NCBI GenBank assembly: GCA_965200125.1
Contig: OZ241332.1
Location: 2,830,438 to 2,894,437 of the forward strand
Direction of reading: 5' to 3'
DNA from: an uncultured Candidatus Binatia bacterium
Lineage (GTDB): Bacteria > Desulfobacterota > Binatia > Bin18
Length of the DNA: 64,000 nt
Shown: positions 1 to 8,490 of the stretch, in pieces
Position numbering within the stretch: the stretch's first letter is position 1
How the letters are laid out: each line of letters starts with the position of its first letter
Made by a program: the position numbers and the translations under genes
Notes under the pieces: model-generated
Told to the model about the DNA's origin: nothing
The model's input: the letters and a program-made list of their open reading frames with translations, nothing else
Database searches by the model: none

Positions 1-629
1 CGTCGTTGTCCAGGATCGTCAGCGTGGCGGTCGAAATGACGAATTCGCCATCCCCGACGCCATAAAAATAATCCGAGGTGGTGATCGGCAGAGTTCCCGT
101 GACCGTCACCGTCCGGGTTCCGGTGGCGTTGCTGTCGTCCACGGGAGTGATCGTCACCGTTCCGCTCGCATTGCCGTTAAAGTTTCCGCTGCCCAGCGAG
201 TTATCATGCCGGTTTTCCAGGTACGTCTGCCAACTCCACCGTGTGTTGGTACTGAAGTTGACAGCCCCGCCGCCGGTCGGGGATGCCGCACTTTTCGAGA
301 GTTGGATGTATGCGCTGGCGTATCTGTTCCCGCGGTTTCCGGAATGGACAACCGCATTTGGCCCAGAGTAGCTATAGGTGACGGTGGTGGTTTGCCCTTC
401 GGTGATCGTACTGGGGGTCAGACTTATGTTGAAGTGGCCATGTGTGTTCGGAGAAGTGTGCGCCGCCGCCGGTGACGGCGCGCACCACAGTGCCGCGGCC
501 AGCAGCGAGAGGGCGAGCCAGAAGCCGCGGGCGGGAGTGAGCGGGAGACGGGCTATCCGTCCGAGTCCGAGGCAAGCCGGGGTCACTGATACGTTCTCCG
601 AGATGCGTGTGGTATTCATCGGTGTCTCC
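1..629 (-). CDS. Secreted hypothetical protein, 5'-partial at window edge (Thr/Val/Gly-rich beta-type repeats). Not in the ORF track because it runs off the window.
   Basis: Reverse-strand ATG at 627-629 gives MNTTRISENVSVTPACLGLGRIARLPLTPARGFWLALSLLAAALWCAPSPAAAH, a signal-peptide-like N-terminus. The frame stays open to position 1. Confidence 0.45.
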
Positions 630-861
630 CCTGCGGGCTAGCGTGAGAGAACCTCACCCGCCGCGAAAATCAGCGCCGGGAGCACCATGCGTGTCCCGGC
701 GGCTCCCCCGCCCGCCGCCCCTATTGACAATCCCCCGAAATCGTGCGGGGGGGGGGGATACATCCACTGCGGCGGCGCTTCATCGACGCGGAGCGTAACG
801 GGAAAAACATGGTTCCCTCACTCCGGTTTCTCGGCGGTTCACGGGTCGGATTGGGGAAAGG

Positions 862-1368
862 TCAGGCCAGGCTCGTGCGCTCGATCAGGGTTTCCATCGC
901 CCGGCGCTGGACGTCCAGCGCCGCCATCGTGGCCTCGTGCTGTTTCTGCTGCGCTTCCTGCTGCGCCCGCAGCACCGTCATGGTTTCCTCGTGCCGTTCC
1001 TGCATGGCTGTCATGGTTTCCTCGTGCTGTGTCTGCATGGCGGCCATAGTCTCCTCATGGCGCCGCGCATGCTCCCGCGCCCGGGCCCGGCTCTCCGACC
1101 GCATGAACAACAAGCCGCCGGCGATCACCACCGTTTGCAGCACCCCCGCCACGATCTGCCCGATGCCGACCCGGATCGCGGAGCGGCTGACTTCCAGCGC
1201 CGAGCGGCCGATTTCCAGCCCCGAGCGGCTGACTTCCAACTCCGCTTCCTGCAAGGCCAAGCTCGATTCCTGCAAGGCCAGGGCCGATTCCTGGACGGTC
1301 AAGGCCGTTTGCTGCACGGCCAGCGTCGCTTCCTGTATGGCGAGCGCGGCGGTTTGGAATTCGGTCAT
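862..1368 (-). CDS. Hypothetical coiled-coil membrane protein with internal tandem repeats (HEETM x3, SRSxLE, LQES) and one TM helix.
   Basis: High GC3 codon usage. RBS gggagag upstream of the ATG at 1368. The antisense ORF 743..1429 is Cys/Ser-rich junk. DNA tandem repeats are visible at 978-1075 and 1180-1300. Confidence 0.5.
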   Translation of the reverse strand: MTEFQTAALAIQEATLAVQQTALTVQESALALQESSLALQEAELEVSRSGLEIGRSALEVSRSAIRVGIGQIVAGVLQTVVIAGGLLFMRSESRARAREHARRHEETMAAMQTQHEETMTAMQERHEETMTVLRAQQEAQQKQHEATMAALDVQRRAMETLIERTSLA

Positions 1369-1550
1369 GCGACTCTCCCGATCGGGTTCCGATGATCGCG
1401 TGGATGTTCGTGTTCGACGCGCTTTTTAACATCGAACCGGCTCGTGAAGCAACACGCTGCGCACATGACGGGAACGACTCGGCTGCCCAACTCCGGTTTC
1501 TCGGCGGTTCATGGGGCGGGATGGAGGGAGACAGTCAGCGGGTGCTCTCC

Positions 1551-1606
1551 CTGGGAACGCGAGCGTCTCGCCCGCCCCGGGGCGGGCGAGACGCCCGCGT
1601 TCCCAG
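1551..1606. repeat. Near-perfect 28+28 bp palindrome (27/28 pairing): ctgggaacgcgagcgtctcgcccgcccc / ggggcgggcgagacgcccgcgttcccag. Strong hairpin in a roughly 690 bp non-coding stretch.
   Basis: Read directly from the sequence. It lies between the coiled-coil gene and the DedA gene. Confidence 0.6.
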
Positions 1607-2054
1607 GACGCACTTCCCTTGAAGACGGGTGCATCGGCTGCCGGCCCTCGCCCCGCGACAAGCGTCCTTCGACGGGGTTCGACTCTGCGGCGGGAGCTCC
1701 AAGCCCTCCTGTCGGGGGGAGCAGAAGGAGACTGCCCTTCGAGGCGGTGCGAACTCTCCACCCTTCGGCAGGCTCAAGACACCGGGCGCTCAACGAACCG
1801 AGGGGGGAGGCGGGGAAGGGCCTCGAGCCTGTCGAAGGATCGAAAGGCCGTAGAGTGTGAGAGAGGGAGCGGGAGATGAGGAAAGGGAACAGCCCGTCCC
1901 TTCCCCACCGAAGCGATTTCGAATCGAGACGCGCCCCGGAGGACATCGGGCTTGAACCGTTCGGCATATCGCATACATTCTTCCGCTCTTTCGCCAACGT
2001 GCGGCGCATGCCGTTCGGAAACATCGGCCCCGCGTCCGGAAAGTAGCTCACGTC

Positions 2055-2717
2055 GTGATCGAACCCGCTTCGGCCTCCACGCTCGACCCCTGGGCGGCCT
2101 CCCTCGCCTACGCCCCCTACGCGACCGTGCTGGTGCTGCTCATCGCCGGCGTCTGGATCATCCCGCTGGCCGAGGAAATGGCGCTCGTGGCGGCCGGCTA
2201 TTTGTACTATTCGGACCAAGTCCAGTTGACCGCCATTCTGATCGTGCTCGGCGTGGGGGTCTTCTTCGGCGACTTCGCCGGCTTCTGGCTGGGTCGGCGC
2301 TGGATCGGACGACGCCCGTATCCGGCCATGCTCCGGTTCCGCCGCGGCGCCTGGGTGGAGCGGTTCAAACGCTGGCTCGACACGCACCGCAACCGCGCCC
2401 TGTTCCTGACGCGCTTTCTGCCCGGGCTGCGGCTCCCCGCCCACGTCATCGTCGGCGCGCACGGCATGCCGACCGCGACCTACGTGCGCATCTCGCTGCT
2501 CGCCATCCTGGTCTATGTGCCGCTGATCTTCACGCTGGCGTATTCGTTCGGCGCGGAGATCGACGCGGCGTTGGCCTCGATCCACCGGCTCGGCACCGCG
2601 GCCTGGGCCGTCATGCTGGCCGCGGCCGTGTCGTGGATCGTCGTCCGCTATCGTGTCGGACGCGGGACGTGGGCCGGTTCGGACGGTGGCGCCGGGGGAA
2701 CGGCGGCCCGGCATTGA
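2055..2717 (+). CDS. DedA/SNARE-associated (VTT domain) family membrane protein.
   Basis: Multi-TM protein with the DedA signature FLTRFLPGLRLPAHVIVGA. GTG start. Confidence 0.75.
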   Translation: MIEPASASTLDPWAASLAYAPYATVLVLLIAGVWIIPLAEEMALVAAGYLYYSDQVQLTAILIVLGVGVFFGDFAGFWLGRRWIGRRPYPAMLRFRRGAWVERFKRWLDTHRNRALFLTRFLPGLRLPAHVIVGAHGMPTATYVRISLLAILVYVPLIFTLAYSFGAEIDAALASIHRLGTAAWAVMLAAAVSWIVVRYRVGRGTWAGSDGGAGGTAARH

Positions 2718-2787
2718 GCGTCACATGGGTTTTGCTTATGGTCAGGGGTCACACCCTCGCACCCCTGCATCGACGGGAGGAATCGCT

Positions 2788-2886
2788 ATGGAAAATCAAG
2801 GGCAAGGTCCGGGCTGGGTCGTCTTTCTGTTGTGGATGCTCGTCCCCACGCTGGTGTTCTTTCTGGCCCTGACGTTTACCGGCTAG
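2788..2886 (+). CDS. Possible 32-aa small hydrophobic protein (MENQGQGPGWVVFLLWMLVPTLVFFLALTFTG).
   Basis: GGAGGA lies 7 nt upstream of the ATG. There is a single TM helix. Short, no homology evidence. Confidence 0.25.
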   Translation: MENQGQGPGWVVFLLWMLVPTLVFFLALTFTG

Positions 2887-2924
2887 GAGCGGCCGTGAAC
2901 CGAACCGGAGGAGGGACGACTCCC

Positions 2925-3956
2925 ATGACACGCGACACCGTTCGCCGACACGGAACGAAACCCGGGCTCTTGGCCATAACCATGCTCGTCTGCGGCCTGT
3001 GCCTGACGTGGCGTGGCGCGGCCGCGGACGAGGTCATCGCCACGGTCGGCGATACCCCGATCACCGACGCCGACATCGCCCCGCACGTCAAAGGCCCGCT
3101 GCTGCGGCTGAACACGCAGATCTACGAAGTCAAGAAGCGCGCGGCCGACGCGATCATCGACGCCCGCCTGATCGATGAAGAGGCCGCCCGCCGCGGCATC
3201 GGCAGGACGCAACTGCTGCAGCGGGAAGTGGACGAGAAGACCGGGACGGTCGGCGACGCCGCGGTCGAGGCGTATTACGACGCCAACGCGGCACAATTCG
3301 ACGGGAAGCCGTTGGAAGAGATCCGCGACCGGCTCACGGCCGCGCTCCAGGCGCAAGCCCGGGCCGAACGCCAAGCCGCGTTTACCGCGGAGCTGCGCAA
3401 GAACGTCGCCATCGACTTCGCCCTGAGCCCGCCCCTGGTCGAGGTGCCGGTCGGCGCGGCGCCGACCCGGGGGCCGGCCGACGCCCCGGTGACGCTGGTC
3501 GAGTTCTCCGACTATCAATGACCCTACTGCGCCCGAGTGCAGGCTGCACTCACCCGCCTTCGCGCAACCTATCCGGACACGCTCCGCGTCGTCTTCAAGG
3601 ATTTTCCGCTCGCCCATATTCACCCGCAGGCGCACACCGCGGCACAGGCCGCGCGCTGCGCCGGCGACCAGAACAAGTACTGGGAGTACCACGACGTGCT
3701 GTTCGCCCACACCGACGCGCTGGAACCCGATCACCTCAAGGGCTATGCGACCGACGTCGGGCTCGACGCCGCCGAGTTCGCCGCCTGTCTGGAAGAGCAG
3801 ACCCACGCGGCGGCCGTGGATCGAGACTCGGCACTCGGGACGCAACTCGGGGTCACCGGCACGCCGGCCTTCTTCGTCAACGGCCGCTTCATGTCCGGCG
3901 CCCAGTCGTACGCGACCTTCGTCGATGCGGTCGAGGAAGCCCTGGCGCGCCGATAA
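2925..3956 (+). CDS. Periplasmic DsbA-family thiol:disulfide oxidoreductase (SurA-like N-terminal region plus thioredoxin fold) with an in-frame TGA at 3519-3521 at the first Cys position of the CxxC motif. Best read as a selenocysteine selenoprotein (U-P-Y-C).
   Basis: Track ORFs 2832..3521 and 3537..3956 share one frame. Sequence reads VTLVEFSDYQ-TGA-PYCARVQ against the canonical DsbA EFSDYQCPYC. RBS GGAGGAGGG before the ATG at 2925. Signal-peptide-like N-terminus LLAITMLVCGLCLTWRGAAA. Confidence 0.65.
3535..3551 (+). promoter_or_regulatory. Putative bacterial SECIS-like hairpin gagtgcaGGCtgcactc (7-bp stem, GGC loop), 14 nt downstream of the in-frame TGA.
   Basis: Perfect inverted repeat read in the sequence. 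Resembles the E. coli fdhF SECIS apical element GUUGCAGGUCUGCAC. Confidence 0.45.
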
Positions 3957-4019
3957 CGGCTCCTCACCGCGGGCGCGCGGCGCGCCGGACGGGAAATAGT
4001 TGGCGCTCCGAAAACGCGT

Positions 4020-5267
4020 GTGGTAAAGCGTCGCCGCATGTCAGCCAGGAAAGCCAAGGCCGAACGCCGGGCCGCGGCCGAGCGCCAGACCGAACGAACG
4101 CCCGACGGTCGGGCCGCTCAGCGCGGCCCCGGCCGGGCGCTGTGGGCCGTGCGCGGCCTCGCCGGAATCGGCCTCGGGCTGGCTGGTCATCTGACCCTGC
4201 TGCATTACCAGGCCGGTGCAACGGGCGAGATCGAGTCGGCGCTGTGCGGCGCGGGCGCCACGGTCAACTGCAATCTGGTGCTGGGCAGCGCGTACGCCAC
4301 GCTGTTCGGCTGGCCGATCGCGCTGTACGCCGCGGCGACGTACGCCGCGCTGCTGGCCGGGACGTTTCTGGCGACGCTGTGGCCCGCGCTGTTGCTGTGC
4401 GGCTGGGCGTTCGTCTTTTCGGTGTACCTGGCAGCGCTGTCCTTTTTCGGCATCGGCGCGGTGTGCCCGCTGTGTACCGCGTTGTACGTCGTGAACCTCG
4501 GGCTCGCCGGCTGCGCCGCGCTGCTGGGACGCGCGACCGGCAGCGTGAGCGGAGCCGGACTCGGTTTCGCGGCGCTGGGCTTCGGCGTGGCGTTGGCCGG
4601 CATCGGCCTGACCCAGGCGCGCGACGCGGCCTTCGTCACCCCGCCGCAGGATTTTCTGGCCCCCGCGGCCGAAGACATGGACGCCGGCTTCGTGCGCTAT
4701 TACTACGAGCAGCCCGCGGTCGTGTTGCGCGGGGAGGAACGCCACGTCAAAGGCCCGGCCGACGCGGCGCTGACCCTGCACGAATTCGTCGATTTCCGCT
4801 GCCCGCAGTGCGCCATCGCCAGCGAGACGCTCCACAAGTTCCAGCGCGCCAACCCCGACGACGTGCGCCTCGTGTTCCGGCACTATCCGCTCGACCGCGG
4901 CTGTAACTCCGGCATGCAGAACCAGGTCCATCCCGGGGCGTGCGCCGCGGCCATGGCGGCCGAATGCGCGGGGGAGCAGGGGAAGTTCTGGGAGTATGCC
5001 GACCTGCTGTTCGCGGATCAGACCCGCTTCGCCCGCGCCGACTTCGAGGCGCACGCGGAGGCGCTCCGCCTGGACCTCGAGGGGTTTCGCGCCTGTCTGG
5101 ACGAGACGCGCATCCGGGAGTTGGTCCGCGCCGACATCGCCGAAGCCGAGCGCATCGAAATCCGGGCCACGCCGACCCTGGTCGCCAACGGCCGGCTGAT
5201 TCAGGGCGTGCCGCCGGCCGGTAAACTGGCCACGCTCGTGACCCTCGTGAAAACGCAGACGAACTGA
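4020..5267 (+). CDS. VKOR (vitamin K epoxide reductase) membrane domain fused to a C-terminal DsbA-like thioredoxin domain.
   Basis: Multi-TM region with CPLC plus a C-terminal FVDFRCPQC...HYPL domain. Start is ambiguous (GTG 4020 or ATG 4038). Confidence 0.75.
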   Translation: MVKRRRMSARKAKAERRAAAERQTERTPDGRAAQRGPGRALWAVRGLAGIGLGLAGHLTLLHYQAGATGEIESALCGAGATVNCNLVLGSAYATLFGWPIALYAAATYAALLAGTFLATLWPALLLCGWAFVFSVYLAALSFFGIGAVCPLCTALYVVNLGLAGCAALLGRATGSVSGAGLGFAALGFGVALAGIGLTQARDAAFVTPPQDFLAPAAEDMDAGFVRYYYEQPAVVLRGEERHVKGPADAALTLHEFVDFRCPQCAIASETLHKFQRANPDDVRLVFRHYPLDRGCNSGMQNQVHPGACAAAMAAECAGEQGKFWEYADLLFADQTRFARADFEAHAEALRLDLEGFRACLDETRIRELVRADIAEAERIEIRATPTLVANGRLIQGVPPAGKLATLVTLVKTQTN

Positions 5268-5282
5268 CCGGAGCGGCGCGCT

Positions 5283-5519
5283 TCAAGGCAGGAGCTTGAT
5301 GAGGGCCACGTTGAGGCCGACGATCCCCGCGGCTACGATCCAAAGGTGACGGTAGAGATGTTTGAACCCGGTCGCCATGTCGGTTCTGAGGACGGCGAGG
5401 TCGGTTTTCGTCGCCAACTGTTCGGTCGCCGGAATCGCTTCCGCCGCGGACCGAGCCTTGGCTTCGGACACACCTGCGGCGATGAACGCGTCATAGACTT
5501 CACTCACCATGATTCCCAT
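5283..5519 (-). CDS. Hypothetical small protein with a C-terminal TM anchor.
   Basis: RBS aggagaag before MGIMVSEVYDAF. C-terminal hydrophobic helix WIVAAGIVGLNVALI. Confidence 0.4.
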   Translation of the reverse strand: MGIMVSEVYDAFIAAGVSEAKARSAAEAIPATEQLATKTDLAVLRTDMATGFKHLYRHLWIVAAGIVGLNVALIKLLP

Positions 5520-5626
5520 ACGCTTCTCCTCGGGCGCGTACGCTAACCGACGCATGCGCGAGGAGCAAGGAGACGCCGTATTCTCGTGGGCGGGCTGCGG
5601 AGAATATTTCTAGGAACGGAGGGCAC

Positions 5627-6670
5627 ATGCCGACGGTCGGATACGTCCCCGACACCCACGGTGGGCCGTACGAACAGGCCGAACCGGACCCGCAACGTTC
5701 GGCCGACTTCGCGCAGCAGTTGCTGAACGAGGCAGTGGAAGCCGAAAAGGCGGGCTTCGACGCGGTGTTCGTGCCCGAACGCCACGCGCGCACCGAGTGC
5801 ATGTTTCCTTCGACGCTGACGCTCATGTCCGCGCTGGCCGTGCGTACCGAACGGGTCAAGATCGGCTCCTACGTCATCATGCCGCCGCTGTACGACCCCG
5901 TCCATCTGGCCGAACAGGCGGCCATGATCGACGTGCTGTCGCGCGGCCGGCTGATTCTGGGCGTCGGCGTGGGCTATCACGCGGACTATTTCAACCATTT
6001 CGGGGTGCCGATCCGCCAGCGCGAAGGGCGCTTCGAGGAAAGCCTGGAAATTCTCGACACGGCGTGGACGCACGAAGGGCCGGTCGCGCATCACGGCAAG
6101 TATTACGACTACGACGCCATTCACGTCACGCCCAAACCCTACCAGCAGCCGCGTCCCCCGGTCTGGATCGGGGCGTTCGGGCCCAAGTCCATCGCGCGGG
6201 CCGGCCGCTTGGGCGACGTGTGGGGCATGGCGCCGTTCTTCGACGGCTTCGACACGCTCAAGGCCCAACTCGACATCTACCGGCAGGCCGCAGAGCAGGC
6301 CGGCAAACGTCCGAGCGTCGCCCTGCTGCGCGACGGCTGGCTGGCCTCCAGCATGGAGGAAGCCGAAGCGACCTTCGGCCGGCTGTGGGTGGAGGAGTGC
6401 AAGTTCTACCTGCGCATGGGCATGCTCGCGCCGACCGACGAATTCCGGTCCGAGTCCGACTTCACGCCCGCCAAGGTGCGGCGTTTCCTGCCCATCGGCA
6501 CCAAGGACGACTGGCTCGAACATCTGCATCTGTGGCAACGCGAGTTGGGCGTCGAACACTTCGTGCTGCGCTGCCGGGTGCCGATGGGGCCGCGGCCCGA
6601 GCAGGTCGTCGAGTGCATCCAGCGCATCGGGGAAGAAATCCTGCCCGCGCTCAAGACCCTCGGGGAGTGA
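5627..6670 (+). CDS. LLM class (luciferase-like) flavin/F420-dependent oxidoreductase.
   Basis: Luciferase-like TIM-barrel motifs (DAVFVPERH, LILGVGVGY). Confidence 0.85.
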   Translation: MPTVGYVPDTHGGPYEQAEPDPQRSADFAQQLLNEAVEAEKAGFDAVFVPERHARTECMFPSTLTLMSALAVRTERVKIGSYVIMPPLYDPVHLAEQAAMIDVLSRGRLILGVGVGYHADYFNHFGVPIRQREGRFEESLEILDTAWTHEGPVAHHGKYYDYDAIHVTPKPYQQPRPPVWIGAFGPKSIARAGRLGDVWGMAPFFDGFDTLKAQLDIYRQAAEQAGKRPSVALLRDGWLASSMEEAEATFGRLWVEECKFYLRMGMLAPTDEFRSESDFTPAKVRRFLPIGTKDDWLEHLHLWQRELGVEHFVLRCRVPMGPRPEQVVECIQRIGEEILPALKTLGE

Positions 6671-6697
6671 CGCGCCGGGAGCGGTGGGGAGGCCGGC

Positions 6698-7888
6698 ATG
6701 GATTTTCAGTACTCCGCGGAGCAGGAGGCGTTCCGGGCGGAAATCCGCGACTGGCTGGCCGTGCACCTGCCCCCGGACCTGTGTGTCGACGATCCCAAGG
6801 ACGAGCGCGTTGCCCCGAACCGTGCGACGTTCGAGCAGCGTCGCGCCTGGCAGCGCACGATGTTCGAGGCCGGCTGGGTCGGGGTCGCCTGGCCCACGGA
6901 GTACGGCGGCCGCGGGGCCGGCATTCTGGAGCAGGTGATCTTCGAAGAGGAATACGGTGCGGCCCGTGCGCCCATCCTGCCCGGCTATTCGGGCATCGCG
7001 CTGTGCGGCCCGACGCTCATGCACTGGGGCACCGACGAACAGAAACGGCGGTTTCTGCAGCGCATTCTGAACGGCGACGACGTCTGGTGTCAGGGCTATT
7101 CCGAGCCGGGCGCCGGCTCCGACCTGGCCGGCCTGCAAACCAGAGCCGTCGCGGACGGCGACGATTTCATCGTCAACGGGCAGAAGGTGTGGACCTCGGG
7201 CGCGCAGTACGCGGACTGGATCTTCATGCTGGTGCGCACCGACCCGAACGCGCCCAAGCACCGCGGCATCAGCTACCTGCTGGTGGACATGCAGACCCCC
7301 GGCGTGACCGTCCGGCCGCTGGTGCTGATGAACGGCCACGCCCACTTCAACGAAGTCTTCTTCGAGGACGTGCGCGTCCCAAAGGCCAATCTGGTCGGCC
7401 CGCTCGACCAGGGCTGGAAAGTCGCCATGACCACGCTGATGTTCGAACGCGCGTACGCCGGCGTGGCGAACTACGACGACCAGATCGGCCGCTTGGCGGC
7501 ACTCGCGAAGACCGTCGCGTTCGGCGCCGGCCCGGCGTGGGAGGAAACCTGGGTGCGGCAGAAGCTGGCGCAGCTACGGATCGAGAGCGAGGCGCTCAAA
7601 TACACCCGCCTGCGCGGACTGACCAATCTGCTCAAAGGCGTGCCGCCCGGGCCGGAGGGCTCGATGCTCAAGCTGTGCGGCTCCGAACTCGGCATCGACA
7701 TCGCCGCGTTCGCCAGCGAGTTGCTCGGGCCCGCGGCCGTCACCGACCGGGCCAGCGACGCGGTGCCCGACGCGCCACGCTGGTTCAACCGCGTGTTGAG
7801 CGCCCGGCAATACACGATCGCGGGCGGCACCAGCGAGATTCAGAAGAACATCATGGGCGAGCGCGTGCTGGGGTTGCCCAAGGGCTGA
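6698..7888 (+). CDS. Acyl-CoA dehydrogenase family protein.
   Basis: Acyl-CoA dehydrogenase N-terminal, middle and C-terminal motifs (YGGRGAG, QGYSEPGAGSDLA, ...QYTIAGGTSEIQKNIMGERVLGLP). Confidence 0.9.
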   Translation: MDFQYSAEQEAFRAEIRDWLAVHLPPDLCVDDPKDERVAPNRATFEQRRAWQRTMFEAGWVGVAWPTEYGGRGAGILEQVIFEEEYGAARAPILPGYSGIALCGPTLMHWGTDEQKRRFLQRILNGDDVWCQGYSEPGAGSDLAGLQTRAVADGDDFIVNGQKVWTSGAQYADWIFMLVRTDPNAPKHRGISYLLVDMQTPGVTVRPLVLMNGHAHFNEVFFEDVRVPKANLVGPLDQGWKVAMTTLMFERAYAGVANYDDQIGRLAALAKTVAFGAGPAWEETWVRQKLAQLRIESEALKYTRLRGLTNLLKGVPPGPEGSMLKLCGSELGIDIAAFASELLGPAAVTDRASDAVPDAPRWFNRVLSARQYTIAGGTSEIQKNIMGERVLGLPKG

Positions 7889-7904
7889 GCCCGACCGTCC
7901 GGTG

Positions 7905-8193
7905 AGACCGGACCTCGAGCCTGTCGAAAAGGGTGTGGGATCACCTCGTCTGTAATTCCCATTAAAATCCCTCCCCGAAGGGAGAGGGGTGAGCAGAGGG
8001 GCTGCCACCGTGGCATGGATATCTGATTCCGCCGGCCCCCTCGTCGCCCCGGCGAAAGCCGGGGTCTAGGGGAAAGGTGTCCTCTGGATTCCGGCTTTCG
8101 CCGGAATGACGAAGGGGGCTGGACAGGGGCGGAAGGACAGAGGGGTATGACGAGGAAAAATCGTCTTCGGGATCGTCTTGTATATAATTCCCC
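7905..8193. mobile_element. Compound MITE-like repeat: solo right-end fragment 7905-7951 plus a copy sharing about 170 bp at >95% identity with 47405-47576. Ends in TIR gggatcgtcttgtatataattccc.
   Basis: Direct sequence comparison with the other copies in the window. Confidence 0.6.
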
Positions 8194-8245
8194 ATCGAAT
8201 CGTCCGAGAACTCCGAACCGAGCTACGCTCCTTTACGCGGCGGGT

Positions 8246-8274
8246 TTGCCTGTTCCGTCCGCTTTGCGTATAGT
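8246..8274 (+). promoter_or_regulatory. Putative sigma70-type promoter TTGCCT-N17-TATAGT just upstream of the trp leader.
   Basis: Hexamers read in the sequence. The predicted TSS sits about at the leader ATG, so the leader would be nearly leaderless. Confidence 0.3.
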
Positions 8275-8280
8275 CATCGC

Positions 8281-8343
8281 ATGCTGAATCGTCCGCACAG
8301 GGCCGCCGCGACGAACCGCCGGAACTGGTGGTGGCTGCCGTAA
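8281..8343 (+). CDS. trpL: Tryptophan operon leader peptide MLNRPHRAAATNRRNWWWLP (three consecutive Trp codons, then stop).
   Basis: ATG...TGG TGG TGG CTG CCG TAA read in frame. Located 148 bp upstream of the fused anthranilate synthase gene. Confidence 0.55.
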   Translation: MLNRPHRAAATNRRNWWWLP

Positions 8344-8380
8344 CGGGCGGCCGGCACGTCGGACGACGACGCCAACACGG

Positions 8381-8412
8381 AGCCGCCTTGGTCACGAGGC
8401 GGCTTTTCTTTT
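8381..8412 (+). terminator. trp attenuator: intrinsic terminator hairpin agccgcc-ttggtcacga-ggcggct followed by tttctttt.
   Basis: Perfect 7-bp GC-rich stem plus a T-tract. An upstream ggcggc segment can form an alternative antiterminator pairing. Confidence 0.55.
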
Positions 8413-8490
8413 GCCTGGCCGCCTCCCAGCCGAGGTTCCAGCCTGCACCGAGCGGGCTCGGCTCCCCGAACGGAGGAGACGGTAACTACC

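Noticed and set aside
1509-2714. 401-aa minus-strand ORF and other long ORFs across 1400-2050
   Set aside because: Arg/Pro/Gly-rich. Antisense or out of frame relative to DedA. Overlaps the palindrome and repeat region. No RBS or domain.
3518-4906. 462-aa plus-strand ORF overlapping the dsbA-like and VKOR genes
   Set aside because: Extreme Arg/Pro composition typical of an off-frame read of high-GC coding DNA. The in-frame alternatives carry clear conserved motifs.
5543-7905. 600-aa minus-strand and 702-aa plus-strand ORFs overlapping the LLM and acyl-CoA dehydrogenase genes
   Set aside because: Antisense or alternative-frame artefacts. The LLM and acyl-CoA dehydrogenase frames have strong family motifs.
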